A stretch of DNA of 64,000 bases from Candidatus Cloacimonadales bacterium (GCA_963662585.1 OY759729.1:1024001-1088000), one strand, 5' to 3'. Counted from the first letter of the stretch, positions 1 through 10,641 are shown. Program-made: numbers and translations. The notes: a model not told the origin generated them from the sequence alone.

Positions 1-896
1 ATAATAAAGTAGATACTGCTATTTTTGAAGTTGGACTTGGTGGCAGATTAGATGGTACTAATCCTTTCCAATCTACAGTTACAGCTATTACTTCAATCTC
101 TATTGATCACAGGAAAACTTTAGGTGAAACTATCGAACTAATCGCTGCTGAAAAAGCTGGGATTATTAAAGAAAATGTTCCTCTTGTTATCAGCAAGTTA
201 AAAGCAAGCGCTTTAGAAGTAATTCTTAAAGTTGCTGACGAGAAATTTGCTCCTACTTATATTTATGATAAAGATTACTTTGTTTCCAATGTGAGAATAA
301 CAGACAAAGGAACTCTTTTTGATTACTCTCTCCCCGAACTTAGTATTAACTTTAAAGACATTTCAGTAAATTTATTGGGCGAACATCAATCCTTAAATGC
401 TGGTGTTGCTCTAACTTCTTTCCTCTTATATTTACAAATTAGAGGAATTCCTTTTAATGAAGAGTTAATCAGAGAAGGACTTTCAAAAGTTGTTTGGTCT
501 GGAAGAATGCAAATCATTAACTTTGAACCTCTTACTATTCTTGATGGAGCTCATAATGATGCAGGAATGGAATTTTTAATTGATAACATCAATTCAATCT
601 TCCCTAATCGTAAGAAAAGATTTGTCCTTGGTATTCTGCAAGATAAACCTTTCAAAGAGATGATAGGAATGGCCGCTAAGATAGCCTCTAAACTCTATCT
701 CTGCCAAAGTAACTCCCAGCGTGCTGCTGATGTTGATTTACTTGCTGAAGTAGCTGAATCTTTACACTTGGACTATGTAAAAATCCCTGATGTCTTTGAA
801 GCTTATCAGAAAGCAATCTCTGAAGCAGACAAAGATGATATAATTATTATCGGTGGTTCTCTTTATACAATTTCAGAAGTGCTAGCTAAGCTATAG
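1..896 (+). CDS. folC: Folylpolyglutamate synthase/dihydrofolate synthase, 5' end outside window
   Basis: The frame is open from base 3 (NKVDTAIFEVGLGGRLDGTN...SIDH...IAAEKAGIIK) into the tracked ORF 291..896, which carries WSGRMQ, ILDGAHN and GGSLY motifs typical of FolC. Confidence 0.93.
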   Translation, partial: NKVDTAIFEVGLGGRLDGTNPFQSTVTAITSISIDHRKTLGETIELIAAEKAGIIKENVPLVISKLKASALEVILKVADEKFAPTYIYDKDYFVSNVRITDKGTLFDYSLPELSINFKDISVNLLGEHQSLNAGVALTSFLLYLQIRGIPFNEELIREGLSKVVWSGRMQIINFEPLTILDGAHNDAGMEFLIDNINSIFPNRKKRFVLGILQDKPFKEMIGMAAKIASKLYLCQSNSQRAADVDLLAEVAESLHLDYVKIPDVFEAYQKAISEADKDDIIIIGGSLYTISEVLAKL

Positions 897-924
897 TCTT
901 TCTAGCGCTATTCTTTTAACCTAG

Positions 925-965
925 ATAGTGGAGTATAACCTTAATGAAGGTCTATACTCCACTAT
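925..965. terminator. Hairpin between convergent genes, possible terminator
   Basis: ATAGTGGAGTATA-ACCTT-aatg-AAGGT-c-TATACTCCACTAT is a near-perfect inverted repeat 29 bp after the folC stop. The U-tract is weak. Confidence 0.55.
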
Positions 966-975
966 TTGGCTTTAA

Positions 976-1068
976 TCTTCTTTAGTTATCCCTTGCTCCT
1001 TCTTACTCCTCTCGAGTACTTTTCAAATAATATTTGATATGAGTAAGAAAGAGAAGAAAGAGACCAAG
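976..1068 (-). repeat. Degenerate ~93-bp intergenic hairpin element, copy A
   Basis: The reverse complement aligns almost without gaps to 52667..52760 (CTTGGTC-N27-AATATTATTTGA-N14-GAGTRAGAAGGAG). Internal arms TTCTTACTC and GAGTAAGAA pair. Confidence 0.6.
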
Positions 1069-1155
1069 CTTCGAGCATAAATTATCCCAAGTAATACAGT
1101 TAAATTTACCAAATAATTATACCCTATCACGATTCCTACTCATGAATCTAGGATA

Positions 1156-3144
1156 CTATTTTAATAGGCTAATTTTCCTAACAAACTCACCTTGAGAAGA
1201 CTTTACTTTAACTAAATAAATTCCGGAAGTTAAGTTCTTAGGTAAAATAATTCTTTGTGTTTTACTGTTTGTTTTAAGTTTATGAACTAACTGTCCTTTC
1301 AAATTATAGATAATCACTTCAGAATTACCCCTCTGATTAACTAGTTCAAAAGAACCATGTCTAACAGGATTAGGGAATATTTGTGGTTCAAGTAGAGCTT
1401 GCTCTGAGTTATTGTTGCTTGTTTCAGAAGAAGAAATAATGATTCTATCTATTATCAGCATCAAAGTTTGAACTCCACAAGACTCTAACCAAAAGTTGCT
1501 AATAAAATCTTGGGAATTACTTGTTTGCTGAACAAAGCTCAGATGGGTCATCTCTTCCCCTATTTCGTAATAATTACCATCATTAAAATAAACAAGATTA
1601 TCGTCATCATTATTATAGATTAGGCCACACTTAACTCTCTCCATCCCCCAGGATGTAGCATAACTTTTGAGGTATATATCTATTTCGACTTGAGAAGTTT
1701 GAAAAGATGGTGATATTAACAAATCAGAAGTAGGAGGCTGACTACTTGCAAAACTAACTAAGCATTTTTCACCATTGATATCAAGCTCTAAAGGTGGTAC
1801 CACATCAGCAGGTTCAAAAATTATAAATCCAGAGGCATCTCCTTCATTGGGATAGTTACAGCCTGGAAGAGAATAAGTAGCATTTTGATCTTGGTCTATA
1901 TTCTGCCAATTACCAATATTAGTTTGAAAGGAGCTATAGTTCTCAAAGCCCTCATCAATAATTACAGACTGGTCTCCTGGAATTACCACTGAGCAAAGAT
2001 TACTTTCCACAAAACTATCATCAATGTATAAAAACTTAATTTTATAATCATAGCTATCATTTACAGAGACCTGGGTATCGATAAAAGAGTTTCCAAATTG
2101 CCTAGATATTATCTCATCATTGCGTATTATAGAATAGGGATACTGGTTTCCATATAAAGAATTCCAGGTTAATTCTACAGAATGAGCATTAACTTCTTGA
2201 TTAATCAACTCTAGGCTATCTTCAACATCCTCTGTGGTAAAGCCAAATAATTCGCTTTCATATTCACTATTATCATAAGTATAAGTTATTTCCCACTCAT
2301 AATAGGAATTGGGAGCAAAAGCTAGTAAGGGATATATTTCATAGTTATTTCCAGAGAGATGTTGAAAGTTATCCTCAATATCCAAATTAAAATAATTTGT
2401 TGGAGAATAAACAATAATTTCGGTATTATCCAAGTCCATAACACTAATCACCAATGGACTTGAACAATCAATATCTTCAGCATTATTTAAGGGTGCAACT
2501 ACTTGAGGATAATATTCCGAAATGGTAAACTCAAAGATAGAATTTGGCAGTTTATTTCTGATAAAGATAGGATCAACCAAGTTATCTAAATCAATAGGAT
2601 TATCCAAATCAATAAAGCACATTGAAGTATTTTGAGAAGTGTCAAAAGAAATGAAATCGTCTCCATTCATCCCATGATTCGAGTTATTTTCCAAGAAAAA
2701 AAGAATAAGATTGCCTGTTCCTGAATAAAAATATGGCTGATCCAGAGTTACAGTAAACCAACCATCTCCGCTACTGTTGACTGCTTGAAAATTATCAGCT
2801 GTAAAATCACCTTCAAAGCATATTTCCAATTCATTCAAATCGATATAACTTTCTTCATCTTGATATGAGTCTAGCGAGCTCTCCCCCAGCATTAGAATAG
2901 CATTACCAATATAGCTTTCTGGATTGGGGGTGTTTATATAATATTGAAATGATATTTCTGTGATAGTTCCACTGTAAGGAAAATAATCACTATCATAAAT
3001 CATCTGTGAGCCACTATGATCATAGAAAGGATCACAAGGTAAATGTTGCCAAATTTCTGTTCCATTTCCTACAAGGATTTGAAAACAGTAAATTTGAATA
3101 AAGTTAAACCATACCAAAAACAATAACAAAATCTGCTTTTTCAT
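1156..3144 (-). CDS. Secreted protein with FN3-like and cleaved-adhesin-like domains and a T9SS-type C-terminal sorting domain
   Basis: Signal peptide; EGFEN...GNWQNIDQDQ...DLLISP adhesin-like block; C-terminus IFPNP...IYNLKGQLV...SGIYLVKV...KISLLK; GGAGG RBS. Confidence 0.8.
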   Translation of the reverse strand: MKKQILLLFLVWFNFIQIYCFQILVGNGTEIWQHLPCDPFYDHSGSQMIYDSDYFPYSGTITEISFQYYINTPNPESYIGNAILMLGESSLDSYQDEESYIDLNELEICFEGDFTADNFQAVNSSGDGWFTVTLDQPYFYSGTGNLILFFLENNSNHGMNGDDFISFDTSQNTSMCFIDLDNPIDLDNLVDPIFIRNKLPNSIFEFTISEYYPQVVAPLNNAEDIDCSSPLVISVMDLDNTEIIVYSPTNYFNLDIEDNFQHLSGNNYEIYPLLAFAPNSYYEWEITYTYDNSEYESELFGFTTEDVEDSLELINQEVNAHSVELTWNSLYGNQYPYSIIRNDEIISRQFGNSFIDTQVSVNDSYDYKIKFLYIDDSFVESNLCSVVIPGDQSVIIDEGFENYSSFQTNIGNWQNIDQDQNATYSLPGCNYPNEGDASGFIIFEPADVVPPLELDINGEKCLVSFASSQPPTSDLLISPSFQTSQVEIDIYLKSYATSWGMERVKCGLIYNNDDDNLVYFNDGNYYEIGEEMTHLSFVQQTSNSQDFISNFWLESCGVQTLMLIIDRIIISSSETSNNNSEQALLEPQIFPNPVRHGSFELVNQRGNSEVIIYNLKGQLVHKLKTNSKTQRIILPKNLTSGIYLVKVKSSQGEFVRKISLLK

Positions 3145-3468
3145 AATTCCTCCTAAAAACTAATTGTCTCTTTTATTAATTTATTGTCAATACTTTTATT
3201 AATAATTATCTTAATAATTCCAACCTTCTCTTTAATTTATAAAATTACTAATCTCTAATTTGTTCATTGTCTTATAGTTATATTTTTCTAACTAAATTAG
3301 TAGCTTTCATATTTTAACTAATATTAATTAAAATTTCTTTATTAAGATTGAGTGAATTTAGTTAAAAATATCATTTTTTAGTGAAACTTTTATTGACATA
3401 AAAATGGGTAAATAATTCTATGGCTATATTAATAAAAATAAACAAAATAAGAAAATAAGGAGTGAGAC

Positions 3469-6400
3469 ATGGCTCAGTTCAAGAAAGAAACAATGGACGG
3501 AAATACAGCGGCTGCTCATGTAGCATATGCTTTTAGTGAAGTTGCTGCCATCTATCCAATTACTCCATCTTCAAACATGGGTGAATCAACAGACGCCTGG
3601 TCTGCAAATGGTAGAAAAAATATTTTTGGAACAACAGTAGATGTAGCTGAACTTCAATCAGAAGGTGGAGCTGCTGGGGCAGTGCATGGAGCTTTATCAG
3701 CAGGTGCACTTACCACAACATTCACAGCTTCTCAAGGTCTATTGCTTATGTTACCAAACATGCATAAAATTGCTGGTGAAATGTTACCAACTAACTTCTG
3801 GGTATCAGCTCGTTCATTAGCAGCTCAATCATTATCAATTTTTGGTGATCATTCAGATGTTATGTCAGCTAGAAATACTGGTTTTGCCTTAATGTGTTGT
3901 AACTCTGTTCAAGAAGTTATGGATATTGGTGTTGCCTCACATCTAGCTACTTTAAAAACAACAGTTCCTTTCTTAACATTCTTCGATGGATTCAGAACTT
4001 CTCACGAAATTCAAAAAATCGAAGTAATTGATTATGATACAATCGCTTCTTTAGTTGAAACTAAATATATTGAAAACTTCAGAGCCAACGGTCTTAATCC
4101 TGAAGCTCCTAGATTAAAAACAGGTGCTCAAAATCCTGATGTTTACTTCCAAGGAAGAGAAACAACTAACAAACAATATGCAGATACTCCTGCTGTTGTA
4201 GAAGAATATTTAAACAAAGTATCAGAGCTTACAGGTAGAAATTATAATTTATTTGACTATGTTGGAGCTCCTGACGCAGATTCAATCATTATTGCAATGG
4301 GTTCAGGTTGTGAAACTATTGAAGAAGCTGTAGAATTTTTAAACAAGAATGGTAAAAAATATGGTCTTCTTAAAGTAAGATTATACAGACCATTCTCAGT
4401 TGATCATTTTGTTAAAGCAATTCCTGAAAGTGTTACTAAAATTGCAGTTTTAGATAGAACAAAAGAACCAGGTGCTATCGGCGAACCATTATATTTAGAT
4501 GTTGTTACAGCACTTAAGAATAAGAACTTATTCATTATTGGTGGTCGTTATGGCTTATCATCAAAAGAATTTACTCCTGGTATGGTTAAATCTGTATTCA
4601 ATCATCTTGATGCAAAAGGTTTCCATGGCTTCACAGTAGGTATCAATGATGATGTTACCAACTTATCACTTCCAATGGATGAAGTAATCAATGCTATCCC
4701 TGCTGATACAATTTCATGTAAATTCTGGGGTTTAGGTTCTGATGGTACTGTTGGTGCTAACAAAAACTCTATCAAAATCATTGGTGACAACACAGACTTA
4801 TGGGCTCAAGGTTACTTCCAATATGATTCAAAGAAATCAGGTGGTATCACTCGTAGTCATTTAAGATTTGGTGAATCAAGAATTAGAGCTCAATATATTG
4901 TTAATAGCCCTGACTTCGTAGCATGTCATAACCCTGCATTTATCGGTCGTTATGATATTTTAGAAGGTATCAAAGAAAATGGTACTTTCTTATTAAATTC
5001 TCATTTCTCAAATGATGAAGTTTTTGCTAATCTTACTAAAGATATGCAAGAAACAATTATTAAGAAAAACATTAGCTTCTATAATATCAATGCTTTAGAA
5101 ATTGCTAACCAAGTTGGTCTAGGTGGAAGAATTAATACTGTTATGCAAGCTGCCTTCTTTATTATTTCTAAAGTTCTTCCTAAAGATAAAGCTATTGAAT
5201 TAATTAAAAAAGCTATTACAAAATCTTACATGAAAAAAGGTGAAGATATTGTTAAAATGAATATCCTTGCTGTTGATAAAGTTGAAGAAGCCTTAGTTAA
5301 AATCGATGTTCCAGCTTCAATGATTGATGCTCATATCATCGAAAAGAAATTAGTTCCTGATAATGCAGATGCATTCACAAGAAATATCATTGAGCCAATT
5401 ATGCGTGAGAAAGGTGATGATATCCCTGTTTCTGCAATGCCTCACGATGGTTATATACCTACTGGAACTGCTTCTTTAGAAAAAAGAGGTGTAGCTCCAT
5501 TTGTTCCACATTGGGATGCAGAAAAATGTATTCAGTGTAACCAATGTTCAATGGTATGTCCTCACGCTGCTATCCGTGCTAAATTAATTCCTGTTGATGA
5601 ATTAACTAATGCTCCAGAAAGCTTTGTTACTTTAGATGAAATGATGGAAAGCCGTAAAGGTGAAGTAAAACATAAATACAAAATCCAAGTATATATCGAT
5701 GACTGTCAAGGCTGTAAAGCATGTGTTCTTGAATGTCCTAAAAATGCTTTATCTATGAGTCCTATCGATGAAGAAAGAGCAAAAGGTGAGCAAGCAAATT
5801 ACGAATACTTTGAGTCATTACCTACAGATATTCTTGGTGATTACAAAGAAGATTCAGTAAAAGGTTCTCAGTTCAAACAACCTCTTCTTGAGTTCTCAGG
5901 AGCTTGTGCTGGTTGTGGAGAAACACCTTATGTGAAGCTTATCACTCAATTAGTTGGCGACAGAATGCTGATTGCTAATGCTACAGGTTGTTCTTCAATC
6001 TGGGGTGGAACATTCCCAACAGTTCCTTATTGCAAAAATAAGAATGGTAATGGTCCTGCTTGGGCAAACTCTCTCTTTGAAGATAATGCAGAATATGCTT
6101 TTGGTTTCAGATTAGCTGTTAATGCTAACAGAAAGCAATTAAAATATAATGTAGAAAAATTACTTCCTGTATTAAACTGTGAAGGATGCAAAGAAAAATT
6201 CAATTATGCTTTGGAAAACTGGACTTCAGTTGATCAAGCAGCTAAAGAAAATATCCTTGCTATCAAAAAAATACTTCCTACTTTATTAGAAAAAGCAACT
6301 CCTGAAACAAAACCTATGATTTCTAAAATCATTGAGCTTCAATCTTATTTCTTAGAGAAGTCAGTTTGGGGATTTGGTGGTGACGGTTGGGCTTATGATA

Positions 6401-6996
6401 TCGGATTTGGTGGTTTAGACCATGTATTAGCTCAAAATAAGAATGTTAATATTCTTGTTATGGATACAGAAGTTTATTCCAATACTGGTGGTCAAGCTTC
6501 AAAAGCTACTCCTTTAGGTTCAGTTGCTAAATTCGCAGAATCAGGAAAAACTACTAATAAAAAAGATCTTGGCAAGATGATGATGTCTTATGGCTACATT
6601 TATGTTGCTCAAATCTCTATGGGTGCTAACAAAAATCAAGCTATTAAAGCTATCAAAGAAGCTGAAGCTTATGATGGACCATCTATCATTTTAGCTTATG
6701 CTCCATGTATTAATCATGGTATTGATATGTCAGAAGCCCAAAAAATCGAAAAAGCAGCAGTTGATTGTGGTTACTGGTTAACTTACAGATATAATCCTGC
6801 TCTCAGAGCTGAAGGAAAAAATCCTTTCCAATTAGATTCAAAGAAACCTACTGGTGATCCTATTGAATTTATCGAAGCTGAAAAAAGATACTCATCACTA
6901 AAAACTACCTTCCCTGGTAAAGTTGATGAATATCGTGCAGAACTTAAAAAATGGGTAGAAGAGAGATATTTAAGCTACGCAAAAATGGCTGATTAA
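3469..6996 (+). CDS. nifJ: Pyruvate:ferredoxin (flavodoxin) oxidoreductase
   Basis: YPITPSS, QSEGGAAGAVHG, GLGSDGTVGANK, two ferredoxin Cys clusters (CIQCNQCSMVCP; CQGCKACVLECP), FSGACAGCGE and the GGDGWAYDIG TPP motif; AAGGAG RBS. Confidence 0.97.
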   Translation: MAQFKKETMDGNTAAAHVAYAFSEVAAIYPITPSSNMGESTDAWSANGRKNIFGTTVDVAELQSEGGAAGAVHGALSAGALTTTFTASQGLLLMLPNMHKIAGEMLPTNFWVSARSLAAQSLSIFGDHSDVMSARNTGFALMCCNSVQEVMDIGVASHLATLKTTVPFLTFFDGFRTSHEIQKIEVIDYDTIASLVETKYIENFRANGLNPEAPRLKTGAQNPDVYFQGRETTNKQYADTPAVVEEYLNKVSELTGRNYNLFDYVGAPDADSIIIAMGSGCETIEEAVEFLNKNGKKYGLLKVRLYRPFSVDHFVKAIPESVTKIAVLDRTKEPGAIGEPLYLDVVTALKNKNLFIIGGRYGLSSKEFTPGMVKSVFNHLDAKGFHGFTVGINDDVTNLSLPMDEVINAIPADTISCKFWGLGSDGTVGANKNSIKIIGDNTDLWAQGYFQYDSKKSGGITRSHLRFGESRIRAQYIVNSPDFVACHNPAFIGRYDILEGIKENGTFLLNSHFSNDEVFANLTKDMQETIIKKNISFYNINALEIANQVGLGGRINTVMQAAFFIISKVLPKDKAIELIKKAITKSYMKKGEDIVKMNILAVDKVEEALVKIDVPASMIDAHIIEKKLVPDNADAFTRNIIEPIMREKGDDIPVSAMPHDGYIPTGTASLEKRGVAPFVPHWDAEKCIQCNQCSMVCPHAAIRAKLIPVDELTNAPESFVTLDEMMESRKGEVKHKYKIQVYIDDCQGCKACVLECPKNALSMSPIDEERAKGEQANYEYFESLPTDILGDYKEDSVKGSQFKQPLLEFSGACAGCGETPYVKLITQLVGDRMLIANATGCSSIWGGTFPTVPYCKNKNGNGPAWANSLFEDNAEYAFGFRLAVNANRKQLKYNVEKLLPVLNCEGCKEKFNYALENWTSVDQAAKENILAIKKILPTLLEKATPETKPMISKIIELQSYFLEKSVWGFGGDGWAYDIGFGGLDHVLAQNKNVNILVMDTEVYSNTGGQASKATPLGSVAKFAESGKTTNKKDLGKMMMSYGYIYVAQISMGANKNQAIKAIKEAEAYDGPSIILAYAPCINHGIDMSEAQKIEKAAVDCGYWLTYRYNPALRAEGKNPFQLDSKKPTGDPIEFIEAEKRYSSLKTTFPGKVDEYRAELKKWVEERYLSYAKMAD

Positions 6997-7019
6997 TCTC
7001 TAAAAACTAACTATAAATT

Positions 7020-7053
7020 AAACAGGAATTTGAATTCAAATTCCTGTTTTTTT
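7020..7053 (+). terminator. Rho-independent terminator of PFOR, possibly bidirectional
   Basis: Perfect palindrome AAACAGGAATTTGAATTCAAATTCCTGTTT running into a T-tract, between convergent genes. Confidence 0.8.
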
Positions 7054-7075
7054 ATAATTAACTAATTTAGAAAAT

Positions 7076-10000
7076 CTATATATTTTTGTTCTTGTATTCA
7101 GTAGCTTCCTGAATAATCAAAGCGATATTGGAGATACTTAATAATTCAGGCATCTCACTATCTATCAAACCTAGGGTATTCTTTCCCTCATCACTATCAA
7201 GCTTATCAATCTGTAGATTAACTGCAATAACAAAAGGCTGATAAATATTCTTTAGCAACCTAATCTCTTTTAGAGTATTTAGGTTATTTATACTCATGAA
7301 GGTAAAATCAAAGAAAATTACATCATAAGTAGTTTTATTAATGATCTCTTTTAAATCTTCTTCAGGAGTACAAATATCTATCTTCTGATTAAGATTCTCA
7401 AGCACTTTATAAAGAACAAAATGGCTAATATTGCTATAATTAACTATTAGCACCTTAAGAGGATAAATATTATCTATATTATTTTGCCTATAAGTCCACA
7501 CATCATTTGGTAGAATAAACTTATGAATATTGTTCTCTGTTTCTGAATCTAGAGTCTCTGTACTTTCATCAGCCTTAGTAAACTTCTTTATTTTGAATTC
7601 ATATTTTAAACTGCTAGATGAAGCATTATTGTATTCTATTTTCCCGTCTAATAAACTAACTAATTTAGACATGATCAGATAATTAAATCTAAATTCACTA
7701 AGATATTCTAAGTTGAGAATATTCTGCTTTTTCTCTCCTTCTACTTTAACATACTTTCTATTCTTAGGTAATGATTCTTGCTTGTGAAGAATAAACTTTA
7801 AATAGTTTTCTTCATCTGATATGATATCTATAAGCAGTGGTTTGGACGGAGATTCTTTAGCTAATTTTATTATAAGAATTTCCATTAGTTTTTTTAATTT
7901 ATCAAGAGCTAAATACTGGATACTTTCTAAACTTTCATCCACCGAGAAATATATATCTGTAATATTTGAGCCTTCAATGAGAGTCTTTGCTGTGTAAGTA
8001 ATAAACTCTGATAAATTACATTTCACTAAATTTAAGTCCTTGGATTCTATCTCTAATTGGAAATTAGTCATTTCACTAACTATATATAGCAATTGACGGG
8101 ATAAATCTTGAAGCATCTTTAGATAATCATCAATATCTGATTTATCTGCACTATTCTTTACTAAATCGATAATCCCATGTATTGAGTTAATTGGTGTATT
8201 TAAATCTTGCCCAAAGTTTTTATAGAAGTTATTCTTAGCATCATTAAAGGCTTTCTGTTCTTCAAGAAGATGTTTAATTTTATTTTGAATTATATTTCTA
8301 GCTGTAATATCTGTGAGAGAAGAGATAACTTCTCTTGTTTCAGGGACGACAACAACATTTAGTAGTACATCTAAGACAAATCCTTTCTTATTAACTAACT
8401 TAATTTCATAATTATCTGATATGGGAAGTTTATTTTGATACCTCAGTTCTCTATTGTTAAGCATCTTATTAATCTCAGATTCTTCTACGAAATTTTGCCA
8501 AGTCATTTTATTAACAATTTCCTCTTTAGTATATCCACTTAGCTCTTCAAATTTATTATTTACCATAGTCACTAAGTTATTTTCGGTTACTGTGATCATT
8601 GCAATACCGCTATTATCATAAACCGAACGATATTTCTTTTCTTCACTCTCTAACCTTTTAAAGAGATAGTACTTTTCTGTAACATTAGTCCCTGTAAGGA
8701 TAAAGTATTTTATCCCTTTCGTAGTTATATTTGTAAAAACACAATCAACAATAAGTTTCTTACCATTGTTACTTATAAGTCTGAGTTGGATACTAAGATT
8801 GTCTTTACTTACATCATTATTCTCAATGCACCTTTTAATTGTTTCAATATCACTTTCTAATTCAATATTTTGCCAAAGTTCTTGTCCTGTTATCGTATTA
8901 GCGTCAAATTCTAAAGTTGAAATAGCACAACGATTAGCTCTATTTATAACACCAGCTTTATCAAAAACAATAACCAAGGATTCTTCATAATCCTGAACTG
9001 CAGTGATAAAATTCCTTTCGTCTTCTAATTCATTAGTTCTATCCTTAACTATTATCTCCAAGTTTTCTTTAAGATTTGTCAATGATTCATTACTTTCTAA
9101 AAGATCATTTTTAAGTCTATTTTTCTTTATTAAGGTGATTATTAACCAGAATATAATAGCAGATAAGATTAAGACAATTAAGGAGAACCTAACAATTAGC
9201 TTCTTATTCCGGCTTAAATATGATTCTTGATAATTAATAAGCTTGGAATGGTCAGGTAAGTCACTGAGTTTAATACCCCATTTCTGTAACACCTTGTAAT
9301 CAAAATAGTAGGTATTAGGGCTAATATCAATAATGTCTAACTTATCAGCCTTTGCACCTTGGAGAATTTTAATTGCTAAGTCTGCAGCATTTTCTCCCTG
9401 TAATGTCCCACTTGTTAAGAAACCACCAACTGCACCATAGCCCAGACTAAAATCTATAGACACATAAACAGGTACATTTGCAGATTCTGTAACTAACATA
9501 ATACTCTCATCATACTCTAGAAATCGCCCTTCATTATCTTTGAAAAACAGACTATATAGAACAACAGTATTAGGACTTAGATTTCGTAATTTTTCTTTTA
9601 AATCGGCGACAGAAATATCATCAACTATTTCGATATCAATATCTTCTTTAAAGTCTCTGATGTCTGCCATAATATTAATCTTGTTAAGTTCTCCTGTGGG
9701 AGTCATTTCATTAATAACAATGATTTTTTCTACATTCTTATGGATTTTCTTAATGAGTTCAAAATTTTCTAAAGAAACAATTTTTTCTCTAACTCCAGTT
9801 ACATTCTTCATGTCGCCTAATTGCGAAGGTTCAAAATAATTTAATCCGCAAAAGACAATTGGGGTATCTTCAAATACAGTATCCCTTAGTTCTTTAACCA
9901 TTTCAAAAGCGTTATTATCTGCAACAATAACAACATCAAAAGTGCTATCTTCATACTTGTATTTAAGCATCATTTTGAGATTTTCTTTAAATTGAGGAGA

Positions 10001-10219
10001 AGTAAATCTTTTAGTATCAAGGAATTCAGTTCTAATACGAATATTACTATCATATTGTTTGAGAGTAGATTTTATCCCATTATTAACATTATCAGTCCAC
10101 AAAAATCCACTATGATAAGATTGAATAATAAGTACTTGTGGGATTTTGTAATTTATATCATTGGCATTTAGAATTACTAATACCACGATAAAGATAATAG
10201 TAGTTAATATTCTCTTCAT
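7076..10219 (-). CDS. Membrane sensor: ABC substrate-binding-like periplasmic domain, TM, two PAS domains, degenerate HisKA/HATPase and degenerate receiver
   Basis: Periplasmic VLIIQSYH..W...EFLDTKR...GAVGG domain; TM helix; PAS repeats. The H-box region reads AKNNFYKNFGQDLNTPINSIHG (Q at the His position). Receiver-like KVLIV...YDVIFFD. Confidence 0.8.
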   Translation of the reverse strand: MKRILTTIIFIVVLVILNANDINYKIPQVLIIQSYHSGFLWTDNVNNGIKSTLKQYDSNIRIRTEFLDTKRFTSPQFKENLKMMLKYKYEDSTFDVVIVADNNAFEMVKELRDTVFEDTPIVFCGLNYFEPSQLGDMKNVTGVREKIVSLENFELIKKIHKNVEKIIVINEMTPTGELNKINIMADIRDFKEDIDIEIVDDISVADLKEKLRNLSPNTVVLYSLFFKDNEGRFLEYDESIMLVTESANVPVYVSIDFSLGYGAVGGFLTSGTLQGENAADLAIKILQGAKADKLDIIDISPNTYYFDYKVLQKWGIKLSDLPDHSKLINYQESYLSRNKKLIVRFSLIVLILSAIIFWLIITLIKKNRLKNDLLESNESLTNLKENLEIIVKDRTNELEDERNFITAVQDYEESLVIVFDKAGVINRANRCAISTLEFDANTITGQELWQNIELESDIETIKRCIENNDVSKDNLSIQLRLISNNGKKLIVDCVFTNITTKGIKYFILTGTNVTEKYYLFKRLESEEKKYRSVYDNSGIAMITVTENNLVTMVNNKFEELSGYTKEEIVNKMTWQNFVEESEINKMLNNRELRYQNKLPISDNYEIKLVNKKGFVLDVLLNVVVVPETREVISSLTDITARNIIQNKIKHLLEEQKAFNDAKNNFYKNFGQDLNTPINSIHGIIDLVKNSADKSDIDDYLKMLQDLSRQLLYIVSEMTNFQLEIESKDLNLVKCNLSEFITYTAKTLIEGSNITDIYFSVDESLESIQYLALDKLKKLMEILIIKLAKESPSKPLLIDIISDEENYLKFILHKQESLPKNRKYVKVEGEKKQNILNLEYLSEFRFNYLIMSKLVSLLDGKIEYNNASSSSLKYEFKIKKFTKADESTETLDSETENNIHKFILPNDVWTYRQNNIDNIYPLKVLIVNYSNISHFVLYKVLENLNQKIDICTPEEDLKEIINKTTYDVIFFDFTFMSINNLNTLKEIRLLKNIYQPFVIAVNLQIDKLDSDEGKNTLGLIDSEMPELLSISNIALIIQEATEYKNKNI

Positions 10220-10470
10220 AATAACCCCTTAATTTAAAGATAATATATATAATAATCCTAAATGGTGAGATTCCAAATTTTTATAAAACTTTGTTTAAGA
10301 ATGTCAGCCATAAAGGTAAAAACTTCTACAAGAATAATAGTAAATCATAGAATTTAATATTTGATAATTAGAAGTATCAAGCTAAAATTGAAATAAATTT
10401 AAATTTTTCTTGACTAAAAAGAATGCTAATCAGTTGTTGAGTAATAAATCATAATAATTGAGGAGCTACG

Positions 10471-10635
10471 ATGGCAAAGAATTTCCGTGGAAAAAATATT
10501 GATAAAAAAAGAGGAACCTGTCCTTCATGCAATAGAACAGGAGTTAAGCTTCTTCATGAAGTAAAAAAAGACAATAAAACTATAATGGTTTGTAAGGTTT
10601 GTAAAAAAGTTGACCCTGCAAAAATAGAGGCATAA
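10471..10635 (+). CDS. Small basic Zn-ribbon protein (54 aa), absent from the ORF track
   Basis: GAGGAG RBS, then MAKNFRGKNIDKKRGTCPSCNRTGVKLLHEVKKDNKTIMVCKVCKKVDPAKIEA*. Two CxxC pairs; followed by its own terminator. Confidence 0.85.
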   Translation: MAKNFRGKNIDKKRGTCPSCNRTGVKLLHEVKKDNKTIMVCKVCKKVDPAKIEA

Positions 10636-10641
10636 GTTTTT

